Virus record (IMG/VR): IMGVR_UViG_2660238176_000005
From: a virus
Lineage: Duplodnaviria; Heunggongvirae; Uroviricota; Caudoviricetes
Reading direction: 5' to 3' (one strand)
Length of the DNA: 6,346 nucleotides
Shown here: piece by piece, positions 1 to 6,184 of the stretch
Numbering within the stretch: position 1 is the first letter of the stretch
Layout: each line of letters begins with the position of its first letter
Program-made: the position numbers and the translations under genes
The notes under the pieces: generated by a model
Database searches by the model: none
What the model was told of the DNA's origin: nothing
The model's input: only the letters and a program-made list of their open reading frames with translations

Positions 1-119
1 CCATCTCAGTAATACGGGAATACATTGAGATTTTCTACAATCGTCAGCGTCGTCACTCTCGTCTGGGGAATATCTCCCCGGCAGCCTTCAGGGAAAAATA
101 TCATCAGATGGCTGCTTAA
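1..119 (+). CDS. IS3-family transposase OrfB, C-terminal fragment (frame starts at nt 3; stop TAA 117-119)
   Basis: Translation from nt 3 gives ISVIREYIEIFYNRQRRHSRLGNISPAAFREKYHQMAA*. The FYNRQRRHS-LG-SP motif is the conserved C-terminal signature of IS3-family (DDE) OrfB transposases, from memory. Confidence 0.7.
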   Translation, partial: ISVIREYIEIFYNRQRRHSRLGNISPAAFREKYHQMAA

Positions 120-162
120 AAAAAGAACAAATGGTAGTGTCCGCTATTGCCAGTACACCTCA
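1..162 (+). mobile_element. IS3-family insertion sequence, right (IRR-proximal) end, truncated by the window edge; terminus ...CACCTCA at 162
   Basis: Positions 1-162 are the exact reverse complement of 6185-6346. The segment contains the 3' end of a transposase reading frame and ends in CA (the other strand begins TGAGGTGTACTGGCAATAGCGGACAC, which resembles IS3-group termini as I recall them). Confidence 0.7.
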
Positions 163-361
163 TCCATCACCGAAAAAAATTGGCTTTTACACCATTGGCG
201 ATAAAAGCATTTACCTGTATGACCTACGCCGCATGGATGAAATCATGGAGGCTCTTGATAATCGTTCGTCGATGGATTGGTGTGTTGCTGTTCATGATAT
301 GAATGCAGGGTTTGATGAAAAGATTTTGTTCCCCTCATCAGTTGAAAGCACTGCGGGTTAA
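163..361 (+). pseudogene. 3' portion of a gene interrupted by the left IS copy; the track ORF 131-361 begins inside the IS terminus
   Basis: The open frame runs without a break from inside the IS end (ATG at 131) to TAA at 359-361. The stop directly precedes the AGGAG Shine-Dalgarno of the next gene, so this was the upstream member of the same operon. No family recognised. Confidence 0.35.
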
Positions 362-371
362 GGAGTAACAC

Positions 372-539
372 ATGACCACTATTACCAAAGAACGTATTGA
401 ATTGTTCATTAAAAACCCGCTTGAAAACGGGCTTACCCGTGGTGAACAAATGGAACTGGCACGGATTGCGCTGGCATCGCTGGAAGCAGAGCCGGTTGTG
501 TTCTGGTTTGAAAAATATCAAGAAGGGGCTACGGCATGA
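372..539 (+). CDS. Hypothetical small protein, 55 aa ([55 protein letters not shown]); paralogue of the next gene
   Basis: Not in the supplied ORF track, probably because it is short. AGGAG at 361-365 sits 6 nt before ATG 372. The stop overlaps the next start as ATGA (536-539). It shares an MTT-x-T-K/R-E N-terminus and an IAL-SL-AEP motif with the 114 aa product downstream. Confidence 0.6.
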   Translation: MTTITKERIELFIKNPLENGLTRGEQMELARIALASLEAEPVVFWFEKYQEGATA

Positions 540-880
540 CGACTTTTACCAGAGAGCAGTTAATAGCTCACGCAGAGGAGACTATTGAAGCACAGAGACT
601 GTGCATACCGGGCACAATCGACCATGACATCATCCGCACATATAAGATGGATATTGCTGTTCTGGAAATCGCACTGGTATCGCTGGCAGCAGAGCCAGCC
701 GGTAAATTGCATGAATACAAACCAGTGGGATATCAGCGTCTGGTCGATGAGTTAACCATGCTGGTAAAGCAGTTAACCTGGCAACTGAGGAAAGCGAAGC
801 CAGACTGCAAATTACCGGATAAGGCGATGAGTTATCTGGAGCGGAACGGACTGATAAGCGTGGAGGATATTTTACGATGA
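536..880 (+). CDS. Hypothetical protein, 114 aa; N-terminal half paralogous to the preceding 55 aa protein
   Basis: ORF from the track. Start overlaps the upstream stop (ATGA) and its own stop overlaps the next ATG (ATGA at 877-880). Shared motifs MTTFTREQ / [10 protein letters not shown]. No family recognised from memory. Confidence 0.65.
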   Translation: MTTFTREQLIAHAEETIEAQRLCIPGTIDHDIIRTYKMDIAVLEIALVSLAAEPAGKLHEYKPVGYQRLVDELTMLVKQLTWQLRKAKPDCKLPDKAMSYLERNGLISVEDILR

Positions 881-960
881 CCTGGCCTGAAGCATTAACA
901 ACGGTAGGAATTGCGATGGCGGTGGCGCTGGTGGTGTATTCGATTTGCCGCTGGGGATAA
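877..960 (+). CDS. Small hydrophobic peptide, 27 aa ([27 protein letters not shown]), predicted single transmembrane helix
   Basis: GGAGGA at 863-868 lies 8 nt upstream of ATG 877. The ATG overlaps the stop of the 114 aa gene. The hydrophobic core [14 protein letters not shown] is long enough to span a membrane. Below the ORF-track size cutoff. Confidence 0.45.
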   Translation: MTWPEALTTVGIAMAVALVVYSICRWG

Positions 961-1171
961 AAACGGTTTGCGGGAAAAGGAGAGTTAAGTAGAATTGCAG
1001 CGGGTGCTTGAGGCTATCTGTCTCAGGCATGAACACCAAAAGGCAGATAGAGAAAAGCCCCAGTTAACATTACGCGTCCGGCAAGACGCTTAACATTAAT
1101 CTGAGGCTCAATCTATGAACGGCAAATCTAGGTTAGCCTCTTACGTGCCGAAAGGCAAGGAGAAGCAGGCT

Positions 1172-1327
1172 ATGAAGCAGCAAAAGGCGATGTTAATCGC
1201 CCTGATCGTCATCTGTTTAACCGTCATAGTGACGGCACTGGTAACGAGGAAAGACCTCTGCGAGGTACGAATTCGAACCGGCCAGACGGAGGTCGCTGTC
1301 TTCACAGCTTACGAACCTGAGGAGTAA
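1172..1327 (+). CDS. hokD: Hok/Gef-family type I toxin (HokD/RelF-like), 51 aa
   Basis: Translation MKQQKAMLIALIVICLTVIVTALVTRKDLCEVRIRTGQTEVAVFTAYEPEE matches my recollection of E. coli HokD/RelF and the Hok/Gef consensus (N-terminal TM helix, conserved Cys, C-terminal periplasmic tail). AAGGAGA at 1157-1163 sits 8 nt before the ATG. The track ORF 1115-1327 is an in-frame upstream extension. Confidence 0.85.
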   Translation: MKQQKAMLIALIVICLTVIVTALVTRKDLCEVRIRTGQTEVAVFTAYEPEE

Positions 1328-1395
1328 GAGACCAGGCGGGGGAGAAATCCCTCGCCACCTCTGATGGGGCAGGCATCCTCAATGCACCCACACTT

Positions 1396-1425
1396 AACCC
1401 GCTTCGGCGGGTTTTTGTTTTTATT
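1396..1425 (+). terminator. Rho-independent terminator / hok mRNA 3' hairpin
   Basis: CCCGC (1398-1402), UUCG tetraloop (1403-1406), GCGGG (1407-1411), followed by TTTTTGTTTTTATTTT. Confidence 0.6.
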
Positions 1426-1547
1426 TTCAACGCGTTTGAAGTTTTAGATGGTGCCGGAATAGAATCAAAAATACTTAAGTAGCGCGCAGGGAGAAGAGGG
1501 ATGGACCCCGAACAGGGGAGTGCTATTTATCTGGAAGGATTCTGTTG

Positions 1548-1829
1548 ATGAAAATCGAAGAATTACGTGAAATTTTTAGTGAAGATGGCCTCTATACTGT
1601 GCGCGTTGAGAATGGCGCTATTGTCAGCCACTGCCTTCCAGACTACACAATTCTGATAATTCAGCCGTCTTTGCCAGCAGGCACGGGCGGCGCTCTCACG
1701 CATTTAAATCTGATTGGTACCAGCATCCCCCATGCACTGAAGAACAGGCCGAATGGCTCATTCAGTGTTACCGCAGGCGCGGATGCGAGGTTAAAAAAGC
1801 CCTTAGCCTCGACTACCGTCACTGGATAA
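1548..1829 (+). CDS. Hypothetical protein, 93 aa, at the position of rem in Qin-type prophages
   Basis: ATG at 1548 follows GGAAGGA (1533-1539) with 8 nt spacing; the track start 1545 is a TTG one codon upstream. Sits between hok and the DUF968 gene, as rem does in Qin. Sequence identity to Rem is not verified. Confidence 0.5.
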   Translation: MKIEELREIFSEDGLYTVRVENGAIVSHCLPDYTILIIQPSLPAGTGGALTHLNLIGTSIPHALKNRPNGSFSVTAGADARLKKPLASTTVTG

Positions 1830-1904
1830 TCTCCGTCAGGCTCCCTTACTCCGAACGGCCAACGCGTCCGTCCCGCACATTCCAGCAACGGATCTGGAGG
1901 TAAT

Positions 1905-2963
1905 GTGCGGGTATTACTTCGACCTGTTCTGGTACCGGAACTCGGTCTGGTTATCGTTAAGCCAGGCCGTGAATCAATGTCAGCATTCCATAACGGCAGA
2001 ATACTGGTGGAGCCGGAACCAAAAAGCATGCGTAATCTGCCGTCCGGGGTCGTTCCTGCCGCTCGCCAGCCGCTGGTGGAAGACAAAACATTGCTGCCGT
2101 TTTTCAGTAACGCACGGGTGATTCGTGCTGCTGGTGGTGCTGGTGCATTGTCTGACTGGCTGTTGCGCCATATTAAATCCTGCCAGTGGCCACACGGCGA
2201 TTATCATCACAGCGAAACCGTCATTCACCGTTATGGTACCGGCGCAATGGTGTTGTGCTGGCACTGCGACAACCAGCTGCGTGACCAGACATCCGAATCA
2301 CTCGAGCAACTTGCTCATCAAAACCTGTCAGCATGGATGATTGACGTCATCGGTCACGCAATAAGCGGTACGCAGGAGCGTGAATTATCTCTGGCTGAAT
2401 TATCCTGGTGGGCGGTCCGCAATCAGGTGGCGGACGCGCTACCGGAAGCGGTATTACGTCGTTCGCTGGGGTTGCGTGCGGAAAAAATTCGCTCTGTGTA
2501 CAGTGAAAGCGACATCATACCGGGAGAGCAGACAGCCACCAGCATACTGAAGCAGCGCACAAAAAATATTGCGTTACTGCCTCACGTCCACCAGCAACAG
2601 AACCCACCACAGGAAAAGACGGTGGTCAGCATTGCCGTTGATCCGGAGTCACCGGCTCAGTATCTCCAGCGCCAGAAATCACAACGGGAAGAGATGCCTG
2701 TATACACGCGCTGGGTAAAAACGCAGAAATGCATGACGTGTGGCAATCAGGCAGATGATCCGCATCACATCATTGGTCATGGACTGGGAGGGATGGGAAC
2801 AAAGGCTGATGATTTGTTTGTTATTCCGTTATGCCGTAAATGCCGTAACGAACTACATGCCGGAGTAAAAGATTTTGAAGAGAAACACGGCAGTCAGCTG
2901 TTGTTGCTGATTCGTTTTTTAATGCACGCGAGAAATTCGGGTGTTCTGAAGTGGAAAGCATAA
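1905..2963 (+). CDS. DUF968 (YdfU-like) prophage protein, 352 aa, with a C-terminal HNH-like motif
   Basis: Long ORF with GGAGG (1896-1900) ahead of GTG 1905. The C-terminus reads C-MTC-G...DPHHIIGHG...LCRKCRNELH, a CxxC...HH...CxxC...H arrangement typical of HNH/zinc-ribbon nucleases. Same position as ydfU in Qin, between rem and Q. The start codon is uncertain (GTG 1905 or the in-frame ATG at 1977). Confidence 0.7.
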   Translation: MRVLLRPVLVPELGLVIVKPGRESMSAFHNGRILVEPEPKSMRNLPSGVVPAARQPLVEDKTLLPFFSNARVIRAAGGAGALSDWLLRHIKSCQWPHGDYHHSETVIHRYGTGAMVLCWHCDNQLRDQTSESLEQLAHQNLSAWMIDVIGHAISGTQERELSLAELSWWAVRNQVADALPEAVLRRSLGLRAEKIRSVYSESDIIPGEQTATSILKQRTKNIALLPHVHQQQNPPQEKTVVSIAVDPESPAQYLQRQKSQREEMPVYTRWVKTQKCMTCGNQADDPHHIIGHGLGGMGTKADDLFVIPLCRKCRNELHAGVKDFEEKHGSQLLLLIRFLMHARNSGVLKWKA

Positions 2964-3344
2964 ATGACCGAGCGCATAGAATTTGTTTTACCTTACCCGC
3001 CGACGGTGAACACTTACTGGCGTCGTCGTGGCAGCACATATTTTGTATCAAAAGCCGGGGAGCGTTATCGCCGGGCAGTGGCGCTTATTGTTCGCCAGCA
3101 GCGGCTGAAATTAAGCCTGTCCGGAAGGTTGGCAATAAAAATTATTGCAGAACCACCGGATAAGCGCCGCCGTGACCTGGACAATATTCTGAAAGCGCCG
3201 CTGGATGCGCTGACGCATGCGGGGTTGCTAATGGACGATGAGCAGTTTGATGAAATCAATATCGTTCGTGCTCAGCCAGTATCTGGTGGACGTCTGGGGG
3301 TGAAGATTTATCCCATAATGCTTGAAGGGCAGGTCAAAAAATGA
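2964..3344 (+). CDS. rusA: RusA-family Holliday junction resolvase, 126 aa
   Basis: Translation contains PPDKRRRDLDNILKAPLDALTHAGLLMDDEQ, matching the RusA catalytic acidic motif (RRRDLDN ... DD) as I recall it from E. coli RusA. The start ATG directly follows the DUF968 stop. Confidence 0.8.
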   Translation: MTERIEFVLPYPPTVNTYWRRRGSTYFVSKAGERYRRAVALIVRQQRLKLSLSGRLAIKIIAEPPDKRRRDLDNILKAPLDALTHAGLLMDDEQFDEINIVRAQPVSGGRLGVKIYPIMLEGQVKK

Positions 3345-4195
3345 AACTGGAAGATTTACCGAAATACTACTCCCCAAAATCCCCCGGCCTGACTGATGCA
3401 TCGGCCTCAACGTCGAAAGATGCGCTGAGTATCACTGATGTGATGGCCGCGCAGGGCATGACACAGAATCGGGCTGAGATGGGGGTTTCTGCGTTCCTTG
3501 GGAAAATGGGCATTAGTATGAATGACAGAGAGCGGGCAACAGAATTGCTGACAGAATATGCACTCAGTCGGTGTGATCGCGTGGCGGCGTTAAGAAAACT
3601 CCCGGCAGAAATAAAACCGGCAGTGATGCGTATTATGGCTTCGTATGCGTTTGAAGATTATGCCCGTAGCGCGGCGAGCAAAAAACAGTGCCCCTGCTGT
3701 CACGGAAAAAAATTTATTGAAAGCGAGGTTTTTACAAACAAGATCCAGTATCCGGATGGTAAGCCGCCGGTATGGGCAAAGTGTACGAAAGGTGTGTATC
3801 CGTCTTACTGGGAAGAATGGAAAAAAGTCAGGGAGGTGGTAAAAGTTGCCTGTCCGGAGTGTGGCGGAAAGGGTGAGGTTTCCACCGCCTGTAAGGATTG
3901 CCGTGGGCGTGGTGTCGCCATTCATCGTGAAGAGTCGGTAAAACGTGGTATGCCTGTTATCAGAGACTGCCAGCGTTGTGGTGGTCGTGGCTATGAAAGA
4001 CTACCATCAACGGAGGCATTTAATGCTATATGCGAGGTGACAAACCAGATAACACGCGCGTCATGGGAAAAAACAGTTAAGAAATTCTATGATGCGCTGG
4101 TGACTCGGTTTGATATTGAAGAAGCATGGGCTGAGCGGCAGTTAAAAAAGGTAACTAGGTTGATTTTTCCGGAATCTGTGGTAAATTCGTCATAA
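3341..4195 (+). CDS. Late-gene antitermination protein Q (phage 82/Qin QuuQ-like), 284 aa, with DnaJ-like zinc-finger repeats
   Basis: Start overlaps the rusA stop (ATGA). Central region carries CPCCHGKKF, CPECGGKGE, CKDCRGRG and CQRCGGRGYE, i.e. repeated CxxCxGxG motifs. Lies immediately upstream of a terminator and tRNA genes, as Q does in lambdoid/Stx phages. Confidence 0.7.
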   Translation: MKLEDLPKYYSPKSPGLTDASASTSKDALSITDVMAAQGMTQNRAEMGVSAFLGKMGISMNDRERATELLTEYALSRCDRVAALRKLPAEIKPAVMRIMASYAFEDYARSAASKKQCPCCHGKKFIESEVFTNKIQYPDGKPPVWAKCTKGVYPSYWEEWKKVREVVKVACPECGGKGEVSTACKDCRGRGVAIHREESVKRGMPVIRDCQRCGGRGYERLPSTEAFNAICEVTNQITRASWEKTVKKFYDALVTRFDIEEAWAERQLKKVTRLIFPESVVNSS

Positions 4196-4234
4196 CTATG
4201 GGCGTTTTATGCCTGACGTTAGAAGAGTTTCTAC

Positions 4235-4260
4235 AACCCGCCGCCGAGCGGGTTTTTTAT
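4235..4260 (+). terminator. Rho-independent terminator downstream of Q (candidate tR'-type site)
   Basis: CCCGC (4237-4241), 6-nt loop, GCGGG (4248-4252), then TTTTTT (4253-4258). Confidence 0.5.
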
Positions 4261-4288
4261 TGCGGAATTAATTACGGACCGTTATTAT
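4260..4288 (+). promoter_or_regulatory. Candidate sigma70 promoter directly upstream of the first tRNA
   Basis: TTGCGG (4260-4265), 17-nt spacer, TATTAT (4283-4288). The predicted start site falls about 7-10 nt later, at the 5' end of the tRNA (4298). Motif match only. Confidence 0.3.
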
Positions 4289-4297
4289 TCTGCTCCC

Positions 4298-4373
4298 GGC
4301 CCTTTAGCTCAGTGGTGAGAGCGAGCGACTCATAATCGCCAGGTCGCTGGTTCAAATCCAGCAAGGGCCACCA
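4298..4373 (+). tRNA. tRNA with anticodon CAU, most similar to minor tRNA-Ile2 (ileX/ileZ-like; decodes AUA after lysidine modification); Met cannot be excluded from the anticodon alone
   Basis: Full cloverleaf read by hand: acceptor GGCCCTT/AAGGGCC, D-arm GCTC-AGTGGTGA-GAGC, anticodon loop CTCATAA, T-arm GCTGG-TTCAAAT-CCAGC, discriminator A, encoded CCA. Near-identical to my memory of E. coli ileX. Confidence 0.8.
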
Positions 4374-4473
4374 TCACAAACCGCCATTAGCTTATCAGGA
4401 AGAGCAGACGACACGATAACAGGGTTGTTGGTGCGGGGGCGGGTCCCCGATGGCGGTCCATTATCGGTATTCA

Positions 4474-4550
4474 GCGTTGTTAGCTCAGCCGGACAGAGCA
4501 ATTGCCTTCTAAGCAATCGGTCACTGGTTCGAATCCAGTACAGCGCGCCA
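4474..4550 (+). tRNA. tRNA-Arg, anticodon UCU (decodes AGA/AGG); phage argN/argO-like
   Basis: Cloverleaf read by hand: acceptor GCGTTGT/ACAGCGC (one G-U pair), D-arm GCTC-AGCCGGACA-GAGC, anticodon loop CTTCTAA, T-arm ACTGG-TTCGAAT-CCAGT, discriminator G, encoded CCA. Confidence 0.8.
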
Positions 4551-4660
4551 TATTCATTCTTCCAGATTCCTTCCGGCAGAGCCTTATACTGAAATATACC
4601 TGGCTCAGGATATTGTTGAAAATATTTTATGTTTGTCAAAAATAAAAGTTCTGTTAAGTA

Positions 4661-5014
4661 TTGATTGAGTGTTTGTTATACGGTCTAATGGTTTTTTCAG
4701 CATTAAATATTTATCATTCATATGGTGTGGGTAGAGTGAATATTGATGAGGCGTCGGGGTGTTTCATCCTTAGGCAGCGTATTGATATAGTCAATGCAGC
4801 ACGAGCAAAGGCCTTCAGCCGTTTGACAGTTTTGTTCTGTACTCCTGATCGTCTTTCGGGAAGAGACGTTATTATTCTGAATAGTGATGCTATACAGAGG
4901 GTTTGCGATGAGTTCATGGTTGCTAATTCAGAATTATTTGCTCTTGTTCAGGAGTACAACAGAATAGCCAGGACCTGTGGTATGGATGAACTTCGGATTA
5001 CTCATCTGGGGTAG
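4661..5014 (+). CDS. Hypothetical cargo (moron) protein, up to 117 aa, start uncertain (TTG 4661, ATG 4688 or GTG 4727/4736)
   Basis: ORF co-directional with the tRNAs and ending 5012-5014. Of 11 Arg codons, 6 are AGA/AGG; of 11 Ile codons, 3 are AUA. These are the codons read by the two adjacent tRNAs. No strong Shine-Dalgarno sequence and no recognisable family. Confidence 0.45.
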   Translation: MIECLLYGLMVFSALNIYHSYGVGRVNIDEASGCFILRQRIDIVNAARAKAFSRLTVLFCTPDRLSGRDVIILNSDAIQRVCDEFMVANSELFALVQEYNRIARTCGMDELRITHLG

Positions 5015-5094
5015 ATACATATCTGGATTATCACCTGTTACGGTAAAAAGTGATTGCTTACTGTTTTTGTGAATGGCATTGCAGCAGCCGGATA

Positions 5095-5181
5095 ATGTCA
5101 GTGCTGGCTGACGGTGTGCTGGTGGCGGGTGTGGTGGTTGTTGCTTTCCCGTTGCTGAAAAAGAAAACGCCAGACTGTTAG
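5095..5181 (+). CDS. Possible small hydrophobic peptide, 28 aa (MSVLADGVLVAGVVVVAFPLLKKKTPDC); could equally be a gene remnant
   Basis: ATG at 5095 to TAG at 5179-5181; the frame is open back to 5047 with a GTG at 5050. Hydrophobic stretch followed by KKK. Weak ribosome-binding site. Confidence 0.2.
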   Translation: MSVLADGVLVAGVVVVAFPLLKKKTPDC

Positions 5182-5405
5182 CCGGGTATCAGTTAGCGGG
5201 AGAAATTTTTAAATACTTCACAATTCAGGCGGTTGACTGTTGTCTGGTTTGCGGGGAGTTTGTTAAAAGAAACTGGCATGGTGAATCCCCCTGTGCGGAG
5301 GGGCAATCAGCGAGTAGGTATATGGGATAATCGCGGATTCAGGTGCTGGTACTGAATTCACCGGGAGGCACCCGGCACCATGCAATGGCACATAGCGCCA
5401 CTCTC

Positions 5406-5445
5406 CAGCCCCTCTCCGGAGGGGCTGTTTATATTGATTTTGTCA
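5406..5445 (+). terminator. Rho-independent terminator ending the + strand tRNA/cargo transcription unit
   Basis: CAGCCCCTC (5406-5414), loop TCCG, GAGGGGCTG (5419-5427), then TTTATATTGATTTT. Confidence 0.6.
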
Positions 5446-5458
5446 GATGTGAGTAAAC

Positions 5459-5492
5459 TCCTTATGGACTTTGTTGTTTTAGTCCATAAGGA
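5459..5492 (-). repeat. Perfect 12-bp inverted repeat (TCCTTATGGACT / AGTCCATAAGGA) with 10-nt loop, overlapping the 3' end of the minus-strand ORF; possible terminator or RNA stability hairpin
   Basis: 5459-5470 is the exact reverse complement of 5481-5492. The stop codon of ORF 5462-5797 (-) lies inside the stem. Confidence 0.5.
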
Positions 5493-5797
5493 CATATTTG
5501 CAGAGTGCAACGGTTATTAAAGCATTCATTCAATACGTTATCTGTATTTGTAGGGCATTCCTGGCTATTTTTGATTGAATTCCAGAATGTTTTATTGAAT
5601 GGTACTACGTTGTAAATGGTTACAGGTAGCACTTTGTTATTGAGCATGATGCCTGTGTGAGTCAGTGTAAATATACTTTCAGGAGGTAAGAAAGCATCCG
5701 ATTGATACCAGATTATTAATTTTATTTTACTCCATATGACTGAAAAAGATATTCCGCATGATGGCTGGATAACTGTATCAATCACAATCCACTTCAT
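5462..5797 (-). CDS. Hypothetical protein, 111 aa, encoded in an AT-rich island; cysteine-containing C-terminal region
   Basis: Only sizeable ORF on the minus strand that does not overlap a + strand gene. Upstream on its own strand is ...CAAGGAAACTAA-ATG (AAGGA about 6 nt from the start). Local G+C is about 27-30% in the two 60-nt lines counted by hand, against an estimated 60% in a line counted inside the DUF968 gene. Transcribed convergently toward the + strand terminator. Confidence 0.5.
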   Translation of the reverse strand: MKWIVIDTVIQPSCGISFSVIWSKIKLIIWYQSDAFLPPESIFTLTHTGIMLNNKVLPVTIYNVVPFNKTFWNSIKNSQECPTNTDNVLNECFNNRCTLQICPYGLKQQSP

Positions 5798-6057
5798 TTA
5801 GTTTCCTTGTTTATGCCTTGCTGGTGATGTTCTGAAAAGTATAAATGATATTTTTGAATGTAAACCATAGAGCAGAATTATTTTTCTGATGTTGTTTATT
5901 GTTTATTTAAATGCAGGGTGGTTTATATCTCGTCTTGTAGTTTATCCATGCATATCTGCTTGATAATCAGGTTTTTATTTAAGGTATGGTTTTGTGTTTT
6001 TTCTGTATTACATGTCAGGTATTTTAAAGAATTATTTTTCAGATGGTGGAAAGAACC

Positions 6058-6184
6058 ATGGCATTTAAACACTATGATGTTGTCAGGGCGGCGCCGCCGT
6101 CAGATCTTGCGGAAAAGCTGACACATAAACTGAAAGAGGGCTGGCAGCCGTTTGGTAGTCCGGTGGCCATAACCCCTTATACCC
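6058..6184 (+). pseudogene. 5' fragment (42 codons, MAFKHYDVVRAAPPSDLAEKLTHKLKEGWQPFGSPVAITPY) of a gene interrupted by the right IS copy
   Basis: ATG at 6058 (an in-frame ATG also at 6043). The frame runs straight into the IS terminus at 6185, so the rest of the track ORF 6043-6231 is IS sequence. Confidence 0.4.

Noticed and set aside
131-162. ATG start of track ORF 131-361
   Set aside because: The first 32 nt lie inside the IS terminus (part of the inverted repeat), so the native gene start is elsewhere. A fusion start supplied by the IS is possible but unproven.
243-521. 92 aa ORF on the minus strand
   Set aside because: Lies antisense to the coupled + strand genes that have Shine-Dalgarno sequences and stop-start overlaps; most likely a shadow frame.
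1661-2264. Minus-strand ORFs 1661-2086 and 1980-2264, and + strand alternative frames 1903-2121 and 2125-2340
   Set aside because: All overlap the long DUF968 reading frame or the Rem-position ORF in other frames; typical GC-rich shadow ORFs with no ribosome-binding sites.
2821-3410. Minus-strand ORFs 2821-3051, 3065-3259 and 3228-3410, and + strand ORF 2951-3163
   Set aside because: Overlap rusA and the DUF968 3' end, whose identity is supported by conserved motifs; no independent support.
3590-3925. ORFs 3590-3925 (-) and 3645-3842 (+) inside the Q gene
   Set aside because: Embedded in the Q reading frame, which is supported by repeated CxxCxGxG motifs; alternative-frame artefacts.
4352-4639. 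95 aa minus-strand ORF
   Set aside because: Runs through both tRNA genes; the tRNA cloverleaves explain this sequence.
4714-4917. 67 aa minus-strand ORF antisense to the cargo ORF
   Set aside because: Shorter than, and fully contained in, the + strand ORF, which is co-directional with the tRNAs and shows the matching rare-codon bias. Not fully excluded.
4551-5460. Shiga toxin genes (stxAB) expected downstream of the ileZ/arg tRNAs
   Set aside because: No frame resembles the StxA N-terminal signal or active-site region or the roughly 89 aa StxB; the only ORF here is an unrelated 117 aa protein.
5181-5460. Retron msr/msd-like structured RNA
   Set aside because: Hairpins are present, but there is no reverse transcriptase ORF anywhere in the window.
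5918-6121. 67 aa + strand ORF in AT-rich DNA
   Set aside because: Low-complexity AT-rich frame overlapping the better-supported 6058 gene start in another frame; no ribosome-binding site.
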